This document shows positions 41,793 to 60,832 of a DNA stretch of 64,000 nucleotides, one piece after another. How positions within the stretch are numbered: the first letter of the stretch is position 1; every line of letters starts with the position of its first letter. The translations under genes and the position numbers were made by a program. The stretch is taken from positions 47,988,001 through 48,052,000 of the forward strand of contig OZ024749.1 in NCBI GenBank assembly GCA_964016885.1, written 5' to 3'. This DNA comes from Eledone cirrhosa. Taxonomy: Eukaryota. Below the pieces are notes generated by a model that was given only the letters and a program-made list of their open reading frames with translations, ran no database searches and was not told the origin of the DNA.

Positions 41793-41794
<2 letters not shown>
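41505..41794. mobile_element. Fold-back mini-element family D with degenerate hammerhead
   Basis: Arms about 41581-41681 and 41693-41792. Sense arm GTGT CTCGA GCTG TCCGC CGGC GAAA C AATT G TA ACAC. Homologous to 9481-9640. Confidence 0.6.
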
Positions 41795-41844
<50 letters not shown>

Positions 41845-42500
41845 CATTCTAAGTATTACGAAATTGACTGATACTAGAAATAATATAATTTCATAATTAG
41901 TTATACAAAGAAGATAGAAATATTGAAACGCTTCTAATTCTAGATATGATAGAAATGCAACCATTCTCGATATATAAAATATAGAATACGTAATATGAAT
42001 TACTAAGCGAGGAATAATATTGAATATTAATTATTTAAATTATATTATCAAGAAGATATGAAAGGTAAACAAACCACATGCGGAATGAAATTCAAATGAA
42101 TCAATTGTAGAAGTTCATTGTGAGCTAAACATAACCGATATTAAGTCAGAATAAACCAGACACTCAAGCAAGTTTAACAGAAAATAATAGACGAATATAA
42201 ATTTCGAAATGTTAAAAAGCAATTAAAAATGTTCAAAGACAAGATGAAAAGATTAAGTTTTTGCAGACATTGGTCTTTGGCAAAGCTGACGAAAGCGATT
42301 TAAATATACAAAACAATTATATCGAATCCAAAAAGTTACTGATAAATTATTATATCGATAAAGTATGGCATAATTTGAAAGTGGACATTTGTGTAATTGA
42401 ATTTTACCTGGTTACCTCAATACCCAACAAGATTGCAAATTTGATGTAACACACATACACACAAACATATAAAATTATACATACACATACACACACATAT

Positions 42501-42551
<51 letters not shown>

Positions 42552-43006
42552 AAAACATCTACATACACATATATACACAGACAAATGTATACACAGATAT
42601 GGGAGAACATGCTCTGGGACTTTTTCAGTCTTATGTCGTCCCTAACCTTATTGTTCCACCTTGAGAAAGCTGTTCGATTTTTAGAAGGGAATGCACTCGA
42701 GCATAATCGTCACACAGAACATTTCAAATAGGTTTGTCCCTCGCTCCGCTTTCACTTGAGTCTGCGACGATGGAATTCCGCCTGTTATGTAGTCTTAACG
42801 CTCATTGTCGTGCATAAATAATTGCATGCAGCCGATCTGTCGAGCGGCCGTATGTATTGTTTTTGTAGTCTGTTTTCCATCAAAATCAAGATAGTATTCT
42901 TGCTCAACAGCTCGTTGACTTACATAGCGACAACATTTTTGTCCGTGTTTCAATTTCTTCACCGTATTTTATAATGTATTCTATATCATCTCCATTCATG
43001 ACCACA

Positions 43007-44030
<1,024 letters not shown>

Positions 44031-44214
44031 TAGTAATAATAATAAGTTTGAAGACTAAAATCCAAAGAGCGCTCGATAAGGATAAATATATATCAAATAT
44101 ATAAGAACTGTAGAGCAAATATTTATTACAATGACAGATTAAAGTTTCAGAAGATCCCGTTAAGAGTGAAAGCAGCGATTCTTTGCTTAAACTTTAATCT
44201 GTTATTTTAATAAA
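44031..44214. mobile_element. Family C copy with plus-strand variant hammerhead at 44144-44192
   Basis: Near-identical to 24161-24277, then switches to GTTT CAGAAGA TCCCGTTAAGAGT GAAA GCA GCGATTCTT TGC TT AAAC. Confidence 0.7.
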
Positions 44215-44260
44215 GATTATATATATTATATATTATATATATAATATATAAGCCTCGACA

Positions 44261-45899
44261 ATGGTTAAATCTCCGGGTAACACGATCCGATGGTGGAGAG
44301 AAAGATGTAAGTGAGTGTACGTTGAGATGTGTGGCGTGTAGAAGACTGTAGCGTGTAGAAGAATGTAGGAAAGAGCGTAAAGGATAAAAAAAAAAATAAT
44401 AACACGAGATAGAGTTACCTTGGGAGAGATTTAATTGTCCCGATATATTTCAGATTCACATCCATTACCTGAAGTTTTTTTAGGGGTGGGGGGTGGGAGA
44501 CGTTGTCTGTCGGAAAGATGCGAAACGTGTCCTCCGCTGTTCGTTGTTTTGAATATCTGAGGTATTCAGCAGAGCTCGCGTGCGCGCGAAATTGCGTCGG
44601 TCAAGTAGAGGTCGGCGGCCGAAATCGCTCTCTACACCTCTGTCCCGGCATTCCCGGCCCTTAATATACTGATGGAACGCGTCCAAACCACTGACCTACA
44701 CTGCTTCGGGCTAACCACCACTGACATCCACCAACTCCTATCTATCGTCGTCGACAACACATACTTCGGATTCTTAGACCAAACATACCAGCAAACCTCG
44801 GGACTGCCCATGGCCTCAAGCCTGTCGGGTATGCTAGCGATCTCGAGCGCAAGGCACTCAACTCAACGCCCCCACCCCAACGCCGGCGCCTTTTCCTCAA
44901 GGTGCGTGGACGATATCCTCATCCTCACATCTTCCCAAGACATGGCCAACAGAATCTATGAGACGTTCAACGACACGGACGAGAACATTGACTTCAGTGC
45001 TGAACACCCCTACGACGACGGTTCACTTGCCCTCCTCGACTTCCGAATCAACATCACGGAACAGCGAGGTGTTCACAGCAACTTCTACCGGAAGGCAGCC
45101 TGCGGGGACCTATTCGTCCACTACAAGTCCACTACAAGTCCGCCCCTCCCTAACAGTGCCAAAAGAGGATACATCACGAACGAGATCTCGCGGATTAAAA
45201 ACAGATGCAGCGATCCCGCGAGTGGTGTCACTCATACCAAGCGATTACTCGAGGTGCTGGAGACGAACGTGTATCATACCTCGCTCATAGACAGAGTATG
45301 AGACACCTGACACAAGAGACAGAGAGGCACCCAAGGCAAGTGCTTCTTTAACATGCCACACCCGGGCGAGAATACCACCTACCCTATCCGCAAGGCTATA
45401 CGGAGGGAGGGCCTCGACATCCATCTGGCCGACTCGGGCTCCTTTATGCGAAGATGTCTCTCCAGGAAACCCGGGAAATCAACTGACGCGTGCTCCCTCA
45501 GAGTCTGCCCGATGCGCCATGCGAACTGTTGCCTACGCACATACGTCGTGTATAAGATAGAATGTAACAAATGCAATCAATACTATTTAGGTAGCACAAT
45601 CCGGCCGCTGCACATCCGGATCAAGGAGCACACTAACACCAGGGCCTCGTCTTCCGGAAACACATAGCCAAATGCGGAAACAAAGATGGAAGACCCATTG
45701 ACACAATTATAGCGCCAGAAAGAAACGTCGGCACATTACCAATAAAGGATCTACTTTGGATCAAACGCCTAGGGCCACAAATGAACAACCGATCCGAGAG
45801 AAGCGAAATGAGGTGGTTGGTTTAAGTAAACAAACAATGCAGCAACACACGCACACACACACACAAGCGAGACAGCAACACACACACAAGCGAGACAGC

Positions 45900-45987
<88 letters not shown>

Positions 45988-46541
45988 AGCATTCCACCAT
46001 ACGAACATACTACAGTGCCAATACAGACGAACAAGGCAACAACACACGCAAACACACACTCAAGCGAGACAACAACACACGCACACACACACACACACAG
46101 TAACATTCACCAAACAGGCAGAGAATACTATGGACTGACAGCTAGCGCGACGTCACTCCCACAATTGAAAGAACTATTTCGGTCGCCGTCCTCGGCTTGA
46201 CCGACCCCATTTCACGCGCACGCGCGCTCTGCTGAATACCTCTGATCTTCAAAACAACGAACAGCGGACGACACGTTTCGCACCTTTCCGACAGACAACC
46301 CCCCCCCCCCTGGGAAAAAAAACACTTGATGGATGTGATTCCAAAATGTATAGGGATTATTAAATCTCTGCCAAGGTAACTCTATCTCGTGTTATTATTA
46401 TTTTTTTTTTATCCTTTACGCTCTTTCCTACATTCTTCTACACGCTACAGTCTTCTACACGCCACACATCTCAACGTACACTCACTTACATCTCTCTCTC
46501 CACCACCGGATCTTGTTACCCGGACCCGGAGATTTACCCAT
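44261..46541 (+). mobile_element. Penelope-like retroelement B, 5'-truncated and decayed, with inverted pLTR
   Basis: RT motifs LYTSVP, QQTSGLPMASSLSG, RCVDDIL, LALLDFRI, then GIY-YIG YVVYKIECNKCNQYYLGSTIRPLHIRIKEH. 44261-44630 is an inverted copy of 46172-46541. (CA)n-rich 3' region. Confidence 0.88.
44630..45800 (+). pseudogene. PLE B RT-GIY-YIG ORF, broken by stops and frameshifts
   Basis: ORF pieces 44672-45301 and 45353-45667; catalytic YVDD appears as CVDD. Confidence 0.85.
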
Positions 46542-46720
46542 CTGCATTCCAAACGACTTAAATAAATATACCTTATTATTCCACAATGCTTCAAGCAAAC
46601 GTCAATTCTTTCTTATATATATATATATACATATATAAATATATTATATATATATTTAATGTATATAATATATATAATATATATATGTATATATATATAT
46701 ATATATATATTATATAAATG

Positions 46721-46766
<46 letters not shown>

Positions 46767-46771
46767 GAGAG

Positions 46772-47295
46772 AGAGAAAATTGAGGTTGGTAATGGCACAT
46801 GGAATATATAAGAGACAGAATACTTTTTTGCGAAAAAACATATAATTTAATAAGGTAAGGAAATAATAAAGGGTATAAAAAATGACTGGTTTCGATGGGT
46901 CTGCAAAAGCCATCTTTTCAAATGTTGATTAATATTAAGAAAAATTAATAATAAAAAGAGTTAAAATTTGAGATTTGAAAATTCAAGTATAAAATTCATT
47001 GTGGGATTTCACAGTAGTTTTCATCTTGGTAGCAGCTCGTTGACTGCTGGGTGCCTTTCTGGTAGTGAATGAAAGTTATTTGGGGGTGTGGGTTATTTTA
47101 TAAAGGTCAAATTTAGTAATGGCCAGATGGCCAGCTGCTGGTCAGTGAGGGGGTGGAAGCAATATACATACATATATCTTCCTGTGGTAGGTAGGAGTGG
47201 GGAGATTGATAGAAAGGGATTTAGTGCACTTACACCTATATATACACACATACCTTCATCCACACATACATACATATACATATACATACACATAT

Positions 47296-47377
<82 letters not shown>

Positions 47378-47690
47378 ATACATATACACACGTACATACA
47401 CACACACATACATATATATACACACACACGTACACACATACATATATGCACATACACACACACATACATATATACACACACACACACATATATATACATA
47501 CACATACATCCAGATACACACATACATACACACATATATATATACACATACATACATACAAACACACACACATACACACATATATACACATACACACACA
47601 TATATGCACACACACACACATATATATATATATATACACATACGCATACATCCAGATACACACATACATACATACACACACGCACACACA

Positions 47691-47731
<41 letters not shown>

Positions 47732-48456
47732 CACATACATACACTCACACACAGAGAAATGGCCTCCAAATTTATATATATACATACATACACATATATG
47801 TTTTCCATAATATAAGAAGTTAGGACAGTGAAATTAAAATACAAGTCACTCTGATCACATTGAGTTCTTCATGTAGATTGGGCCCCGCAACCGACAGTGG
47901 TGAATTCTGTGTGCGCATATATATATAGATATATGTGTGTGCACGTGCATATATATATATATATAAGTGCACTAAATCCCTTTCTATCAATCTCCCCTCC
48001 CCTACCTACCACAGGAAGATATATGTATGTATATTGCTTCCACCCCCTCACTGACCAGCAGCTGGCCATCTGGCCATTGCTAAATTTTACCTTTATAAAA
48101 TAACCCACACCCCCAAATAACTTCTCATTCACTACCAGAAAGGCACCCAGCAGTCAACGAGCTGCTACCAAGATGAAAACTACTGTGAAATCCCACAATG
48201 AATTTTATACTTGTATTTTCAAATCTCAAATTTTAACTCTTCTTATTATTAATTTTTCTTAATATTAATCAACATTTGAAAAGATGGCTTTTGCAGACCC
48301 ATCGAAACCGGTCATTTTTTATACCCTTTATTATTTCCTTACCTTATAAAATTATATGTTTTTTCACCAAAAAGTATTCTGTCTCTTATATATTCCATGT
48401 GCCATTACCAACCTCAATTTTCTCTATAACCTTCGTTTTGTGTAGTAAATTACACT

Positions 48457-48460
<4 letters not shown>
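46772..48460. mobile_element. About 460-bp inverted repeat pair (pLTR-like), each arm with a variant hammerhead; microsatellite spacer
   Basis: 46772-47232 is the near-identical reverse complement of 47964-48425. No ORF. Confidence 0.75.
48271..48318 (+). ncRNA. Variant minimal hammerhead (U3-A8 core); mirror copy at 46879-46926 on the minus strand
   Basis: AACAT TTGAAAA GATGG CTTTTGCAGAC CCATC GAAA C CG G TC ATTTT: stem I 4 of 5 bp, 5-bp stem II, palindromic ACCGGT stem III, GUC triplet. Confidence 0.55.
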
Positions 48461-48487
<27 letters not shown>

Positions 48488-48609
48488 ATGTATATATATA
48501 AACAATTATGTATGTATATACATATATATATTTATGTATGCATATATTCATGTATGTATATATATATATGTATATGTTTATGTATGTATATATATTGTAT
48601 ATATATGTA

Positions 48610-48666
<57 letters not shown>

Positions 48667-48678
48667 ATATATATATTA

Positions 48679-48743
<65 letters not shown>

Positions 48744-48925
48744 TATATACATAAGCCTCCTACACCCGGATATGCCTCCGTAAACAATAACTCTCTGCTC
48801 GAGTGGGCCATGGCGCCCAAACACTGATTCGTAAGTCTCCTGCCAGATGGTGCTATTAAGTTAGACATGGCCTGGGCCAATACTGGGCGAAACCTATCAA
48901 AGTTATCAATGTTATTTATATATAT

Positions 48926-48960
<35 letters not shown>

Positions 48961-48965
<5 letters not shown>

Positions 48966-49382
48966 GTTGGAGAAAATAATGGAAACACCTAGCATCATAA
49001 TTTTGAAATATCTATAAAACCGTCAAAAGGTTGTTTATTTGTATTGTTCTCGAGGTGGTCATTAAGCTCTGCAGTAATTTTGGGACCTGTACTTTTGTGA
49101 TCCTTTATAACAATTCGTGTAAGATTCCGACGATCCCTATCTGAAAGTTTCGGTTTTCTTGTGGAGTTTTGTTTCGACGAGGAAGTTTTCCCCTCTTTCT
49201 CAAAGGCTGTCATTACTTTCGAGACAGTACTTCTTGCTACACCAAACATTTTGGCTGTTTTCGTTACGCTAGCGCCTGCCATACGAGCACCAACAATTTG
49301 ACCTCTTTGAAAGTCCGATAGATCAGTCATTTTAATAAATTTTAATTACCTCTTTCTGATGATATCTGAAAAGAAATATCAA
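48961..49382 (-). mobile_element. Tc1/mariner internal-deletion derivative with one TIR
   Basis: TA|CAATGGTTGGAGAAAATAATGGAAACACCT is a Tc1-type terminus at 48961-48990. The transposase N-terminus runs into it. The other end is lost in (TA)n. Confidence 0.85.
48995..49330 (-). pseudogene. Truncated Tc1 transposase (paired-like HTH DNA-binding region only; no DD34E domain)
   Basis: [39 protein letters not shown]...RKPKLSDRDRRNLTRIV..KITAELN. Confidence 0.85.
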
Positions 49383-49384
49383 TT

Positions 49385-49602
49385 TATATATGTATATGTA
49401 TATATGTATATATATATGTATATGTATATATGTATATATGTATATATGTATATATGTATATATGTATATATGTATATGTATATATGTATATATATATATA
49501 TATATGTACATTTATGTATGTATATATATATGTATATTTATGTATATATACGTATATATATAAATATGTACGTATATATGTATATATATGTATATATATG
49601 TG

Positions 49603-49688
<86 letters not shown>

Positions 49689-49868
49689 TATACATGTATG
49701 TATATATATATGTATATTTATGTATATATACGTATATATATAAATATGTACGTATATATGTATATATATGTATATATATGTGTATATATATATATATGTA
49801 TATATATATATAAGTATATATATATATGTATGTATATATGTGCATGTATATATATGTGTGTATATATG

Positions 49869-49902
<34 letters not shown>

Positions 49903-49962
49903 TATATACATATATATACATGTATCTATCTCTCTCTCTCTATATATATATATATGTATCTA

Positions 49963-50028
<66 letters not shown>
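49385..50028. repeat. Compound (TA)n/(TATG)n tract with an internal duplication of about 180-bp period
   Basis: The unit containing TATATTTATGTATATATACGTATATATATAAATATGTACG occurs at about 49532 and 49712. Confidence 0.9.
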
Positions 50029-50031
<3 letters not shown>

Positions 50032-50828
50032 CTTCCAATCGATTGACTTCTTTCTGTAAAAGAAACGCCCTCCCATATTCATTAGCGTGTTTATTACTGT
50101 AAATCATATAAGAAAAAACAAAATAAGAAGTAACAATTATTAAAATTCATCTTTTTTTTATTAAGAAACATTTATTTCAAAGAAATCATCTACCATTCCA
50201 GAGAAATTATAATAAAATGGTTCCTTCTATACAATAATCACTTTTCTGAAAGGGGGAGGTCACGGTCTCAGGGTGTGTTTAACAAACGTGTTCATTTGAG
50301 AAAATCCGTTATGTTTTTATTTATTCTAAAGTTAAGTTTAAAATTTCCCACAATTTGTGCTCACTAAAATGAAAGAAATAACAAGGAACTAAAAAATGTA
50401 TGGAAAACTGATAGGAAACTGTGTTTAGATGTATGTCGAATTGCAAAATATTATTTTGCACTGTTCCAATATTTTTTTAATTATTATATTTTCATGAATA
50501 ATTTAGATGTCCGCCACAAATTTACTTCAGTGTGTTTCCTAATCAATGATTGCACTTTATTATGTGTAATGGAATAGATATATGCCTAGTTGATTTCATA
50601 GAGAATTATATATTCAAATTAAAATATACAATCATTATAATTAATTATTTGATTGTATTAAGTTGAATAACAAAAAATGATTTTAGTCAAGTTTTAGTTG
50701 TTTTGGATTACAAGAAAACAGCAGCATTAACTGTTGAAATATTTGCTGAAAATGTGTTCTCATATAGTTATTCAGATACACTCACACACGCGCACTGATA
50801 TTCATGTATACAAACGTTCAAATGTGTG

Positions 50829-51895
<1,067 letters not shown>

Positions 51896-52582
51896 CTATT
51901 ATCATGCAAGTAATCCATAATTCATAATTAAAAGTAATGTACGTGTGTGTTAGATTTTAGTATGTATTATAATCCGTTCTACGTTGTAAATAATCATTAT
52001 TAGTAGATAATTAATTAATAATAAAAGAATTGCAAATGAGTTAGCACTTCAAAAATTAAGTAACTAGATTAATTAAAATGAAAACAACAAAAAAATACCA
52101 TAACATGATCAAGACTAAACTTGTTCACTATGGTTTAAACTAATTTGCGTTTTCTTTCCACAAGACACGTTTAAAGGCAGACGTAGTGTTATATTCTAAT
52201 AATTAACTAATTAATGTGAACACAAGCATAACTTAATCAATTTCAAACACTGCGTTAGTTTACTTCATCTTATTGTCTCCCTCCCCGTATAAAAATTAAA
52301 ATGTATGATTATCATTTATGACTTGGAAACCAGAAAACAGAAAACAAAATGGATGAACCCACCAACATTTCGTATGATCAGCAGCTATATAACATGAGGG
52401 GATCAGTCGAGTATATAACAGTGCACAATATTTGTTGTTTTCTTTTGGAAGGGAATGGGCCAAATAACAAATGTTTAAACATTTTTCTTTTTGAATTAGA
52501 ATTTTTACAAAGCAAACAGTTTTTAATAATATTTATAATAATTCAACCAGTTTCTCTCAAACACATATATATATATATATAA

Positions 52583-52689
<107 letters not shown>

Positions 52690-52812
52690 TAGATAGATAT
52701 AGATAATTTTTATAACGAAAATAACTTCTGCCATTATTTATTGATATACTACCAATGTGTACTGATCATCTCCTTGTTAATATTCCCTATTTATTTATAT
52801 CCTCAATAACTC

Positions 52813-52905
<93 letters not shown>

Positions 52906-53044
52906 TATATATTCGTCTAGTTGTATATTGCAAGATTGATGAATTTAAGTGAACTACATTGAATCCAAACTTTGATTTCGTATATAACGATAACAGATTA
53001 TAGAAAAGTATTATTATCGTAAACAATGTTAATTATATTATTAT

Positions 53045-53122
53045 TGATAATAATAACGATGATAATAATAATATTAATAATAATAATAATGATAATGATA
53101 ATAATGATAATAATAATAATAA

Positions 53123-53160
<38 letters not shown>

Positions 53161-53181
53161 TGATAATGATGATGATGGTAG

Positions 53182-53227
<46 letters not shown>

Positions 53228-53255
53228 AATATTAATAACAACAACAACAATAATG

Positions 53256-53297
<42 letters not shown>
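53045..53297. repeat. (TAA)n/(TGA)n trinucleotide tract
   Basis: Direct inspection. Confidence 0.95.
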
Positions 53298-53663
53298 TAA
53301 CTTCGTCTATACAAATGAAGTCCAGGATTTGTACCTGAGATGTCAGTTATATTTCTGTAAGAAAGAACTTACAGATATAGGATATCGACTTAACTTAACG
53401 AAACATTGAATCGAACAGTTTATATACTTAATAGTGTATGTAAACTATGACTTCTGAAGTCTATAGGATTTTAAAGAAATGAATATGTTATAACTATATT
53501 CAACATCCCAAAACATCAACATCAAAAACATGTTGTTACGATAATTTATTTTCCTCAACATCGTCATCATGAATAAAATGCATGTGTCTCATTTTGGTAG
53601 CACTTATTCTAATATTGTTTCTAATTAACAGTGTAATATTGGTAGTGGACATACCGCATGGTT

Positions 53664-53808
<145 letters not shown>

Positions 53809-53816
53809 ATATATAT

Positions 53817-53946
53817 TTGAATATAAAAGAGACATAAAGACAGATGTGTACATATATGTGTTCAAATTTATATCTATTTTATATAAAATTTTATTACACA
53901 GCCCGGAAGTGAGACTATTTTGAGGTTCTAACTCAATATATACCTT

Positions 53947-54044
<98 letters not shown>

Positions 54045-54136
54045 TTATATATATATAGTAATAATAATAAATGTGAAGACTAAAATCCCAAAAGGGCTCG
54101 ATAAGGATAAATATATATTAAATATATATTTTAATA

Positions 54137-54228
<92 letters not shown>

Positions 54229-54384
54229 GGTATATATTGAGTTAGAAACTCAAAATAGTCTGTAACCATTAAATAGCTCAAGGAGAAAAAAAATATTCCG
54301 GGCAGTGTAAAATAATTTAATATAAAAGAGATGTAAATTTGAACACATATATGTACACATCTTTGTTTATGTCTCTTTTATATT

Positions 54385-54387
<3 letters not shown>
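53817..54387. repeat. Inverted repeat pair (arms about 130 and 160 bp) around (TA)n, with a nested family C tail fragment
   Basis: 53817-53948 matches the reverse complement of 54225-54387. 54057-54140 matches 24161-24260 with an internal deletion. Confidence 0.7.
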
Positions 54388-54449
<62 letters not shown>

Positions 54450-54724
54450 CTGTGGTGTGTATATATGTGTAAATGTGTGAGTGCATTAAAAATGAAGCAA
54501 TAGGTTTCATAGGAGATGGAAAATTATGGTTTATCAAAATATGACATTTATTCGTTCATATGTATTGATGCTATCCCAATATTTTCTATATACCTAGCTG
54601 CGTTAAACCCTTGTGATTTATTGCGTCTACCCCTCTCTATATATACGCACACACTGTCACACGTACACATAAGTAAAAACACACATTGCCACAGACGCAG
54701 GCACATACATATACATACACTTAC

Positions 54725-54780
<56 letters not shown>

Positions 54781-54835
54781 CATATATGTATATATATATA
54801 TATATATATATGTATATACATATATGTATATATAC

Positions 54836-54890
<55 letters not shown>

Positions 54891-54921
54891 CATATATATC
54901 TACACACACATATATATATAT

Positions 54922-54962
<41 letters not shown>

Positions 54963-55034
54963 TATATATATATATGCATATATATATATATATGCATATA
55001 TATATATATATATATATATACAAATAAATATATA

Positions 55035-55099
<65 letters not shown>

Positions 55100-56177
55100 G
55101 CGTGCGTGTGTGTGTGTGTGCGTTAGTTAGCAACTTCGGATCAATGTGAAATTTTTGGTGAATAGTAACTGAAACTTATTTCAAAATTTCGTAATTTACA
55201 AAACAAGAATGTAATTTCTTCATCTCATCGATCTTGTGATACATACATTCACATTGCTTTTGTATAACCTAATTCTTCACTACATTGAATGTTTTTGTAG
55301 TCCCAGATCATGATTAAGAAAAGAAGTAAGGCATTAAAATCATAAATGTGCCATTTCATTCATATTACATTTTTTGTGCTAATAGTTTTTTGATAGCCTA
55401 TTATCATGTTTGGTATTTCTTACTATTGATTACTTACGAATCAATATTTTTCTTAATTACACATATCAATCGTAGCGATCATAGCCATTGCCAAGTTACG
55501 ACATTTCGTATTTAATGATTCGCGTATCTGTATTCTAACGTTTGGTTACATAGATATAAAACTGATTTTGATATTTCCTTCTGTATAGAATTATGTTGAA
55601 ATATGATACTTTAAATTGTATTTATTTTGTATTTGTGTTTGTATTTGATACAACCTATCAATCAAATATATCTTTATAAATAAAATTCATTAAACTTTTT
55701 CTCAACTAATGCAAGAGTATTGATATAACAGTTCACCTTGTTAAACTTCCTCAGGTGGTAGCATAACATTTCACAGACTTCTATCAACTTTTTATGTTGA
55801 CTTTTACGATTTTAACGTATTACATGAATGTTTAATTGCAATTTTAATAATAGCCAGGAAGAGAAAGTATACTTTAGCTTCATCTCCTGCACACACTGCA
55901 TCTACACCTTTTTACATCTGCTTAGCGGTTTACTTACTTTGCTATACACAGTTCCATAAATATATATAATAGACATTTGGTTTTTGAGGAGAAATATTAG
56001 TATTCTTTTGACATTGCCAAGAAAACGTATAGCCGTTAAAATGGTTTAGCGTACATTTGATATCCCGCCAAACATTGGCTGCACTCATCCCCAATCTGAC
56101 ACAAATTGTTTGGTATTTAGTTTCCCTATAATTATAATAATGTTATTTATTATTATTATTAATGTTATTATTGTTAT

Positions 56178-56242
<65 letters not shown>

Positions 56243-58104
56243 AAGTTTTGAAAGTTGCCTTCATGGCGGCGCGTCGAACATCTCAGAAATACATCTTCCT
56301 ATTCCATTATCAAAACAAGTATTTTCCATATAACTGGATTCCATTTTGAGGTATGTATATTTAGAGAAATATTAAACATTGGAGGGAATTATCGGATATT
56401 ATTGCCTAGGAAGTTGGCACTATTGAATAGAAAGTGCGAATCTATTATTATCTAAATATACAGTAAATATATGTACCTGAATATTCAGGATTCCACACCT
56501 GGTTTCAAATTACCATTTGAGGAGGTTTGCTATTGTCATCGCTTATACAACTAGGAATTCAAAACTTAAGGGTATCAAGTACACAAACGAGTATTGCACA
56601 TATTTAGGATTCGCATAATATATTGCAAGTGTACTTGATTTCAAATGCTCTAATTGTTTTTCTATTTTGTCCTATCTCAAATCATTTACTAAAACTCTGC
56701 TGAATATGTTTGATAGTTAAAATTGATTTTATAATTGCATATTAATTAATACTAAGTAATTCAGGATATACATTTTTAATTTAATTTCAAAATACTTTAT
56801 TTGTTTATATAAATATGTATGTATATAATATTTATTTGCACACATTTGCATTAAATAAATACATATGTAACGAGATTAATAGTAATATTTGACTATCTAT
56901 ATGTATTCTCTTGGTAACTGCATTCTCTTGGTAACTGTCTTTATAAAACGTGATCTGTTTTATTAATTGCTGATATTTTGATTCAGAATTATGACGTATA
57001 TATCACATATCTGCTATGTGGCAAGTCTTCACATTTGAGGCCACTGATATATCGTATGTGAAATCCTTACGCGGGATACAGCATGGCATTAATGTACAGC
57101 AAATTAATAAATATAATCCGAACAAAAACCTGCATAACAACATGTTATTGTGGTACAGGCTGTGATGAACATAATTATATACACATTTGCTGACACATAG
57201 ATTGATCGGGCATATCATTTTCTTTTAAATATTGTACATGCATGTATGTGTGCGTGTCTGTATGCCTGATAATACATTAATTAAATATACAGCGGTTAGT
57301 TATGTATATCTTTTTTTAATGAGGAATTCTGTTATTAAATATTTTAAAAAATATTTGCTACTTTATTGACATAGAGATAACAATAGAAATAAATTTATAT
57401 TATATTAATTTAACATTTGATATTGATTTACAGATTCATTATATTCAATAGAAATCCAAATTGTTTGTATATGACATATATAATCTACCCTTCCTTATTT
57501 CCGAATGTTATGTTTCTGACTACAGCTACCTAGGCAGATGCGTCTACTAATGAATATTTAATATGATGCTGACTGATTGCTTTCGCTTTATCTGAAATCT
57601 AAATTAGTAGTATGATATTGAATATGATATAATAATAACGAGTATAATTGTTCAAATTTATACGCACATCATCCCGATATAAACTTCCTAAATTTTTAAG
57701 CATTTATAAACATCTTTAACAATAAGTTCCGTACTAAATAAACATGAGACTTAATACGTTGTATTTTAAATAATCTAATAGTTTAAATATACGATTAATT
57801 TCATTTAACTTACAAGACATCTTCAATGATAACAATACACCGGTTGCTAAACATAAATAAAAAATAACGGTCAGAATTGTTTGAAACAAATAGCATCACA
57901 TTTCAGTTTAATGAGAGAATTTCAACGATGTTTTAGTTACTTAGGAATCAACCATTTAAACGCTTAATAAATAATAAGAAATAAAACGGATAGGAAAATA
58001 AAGCAAGCACTTTGATCTTCAACGGTATATTATAAATATGTATATGTACAAACTTCGTTTTTTCAGCTCTTGGCTGAATACCTGTAAATAATATGAACGA
58101 AATT

Positions 58105-60832
<2,728 letters not shown>

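Noticed and set aside
48860-48890. Plus-strand AIKLDMAWA resembling an RT motif (IKLDMxKAYD)
   Set aside because: Too short, no flanking RT motifs, and the downstream residues do not fit.
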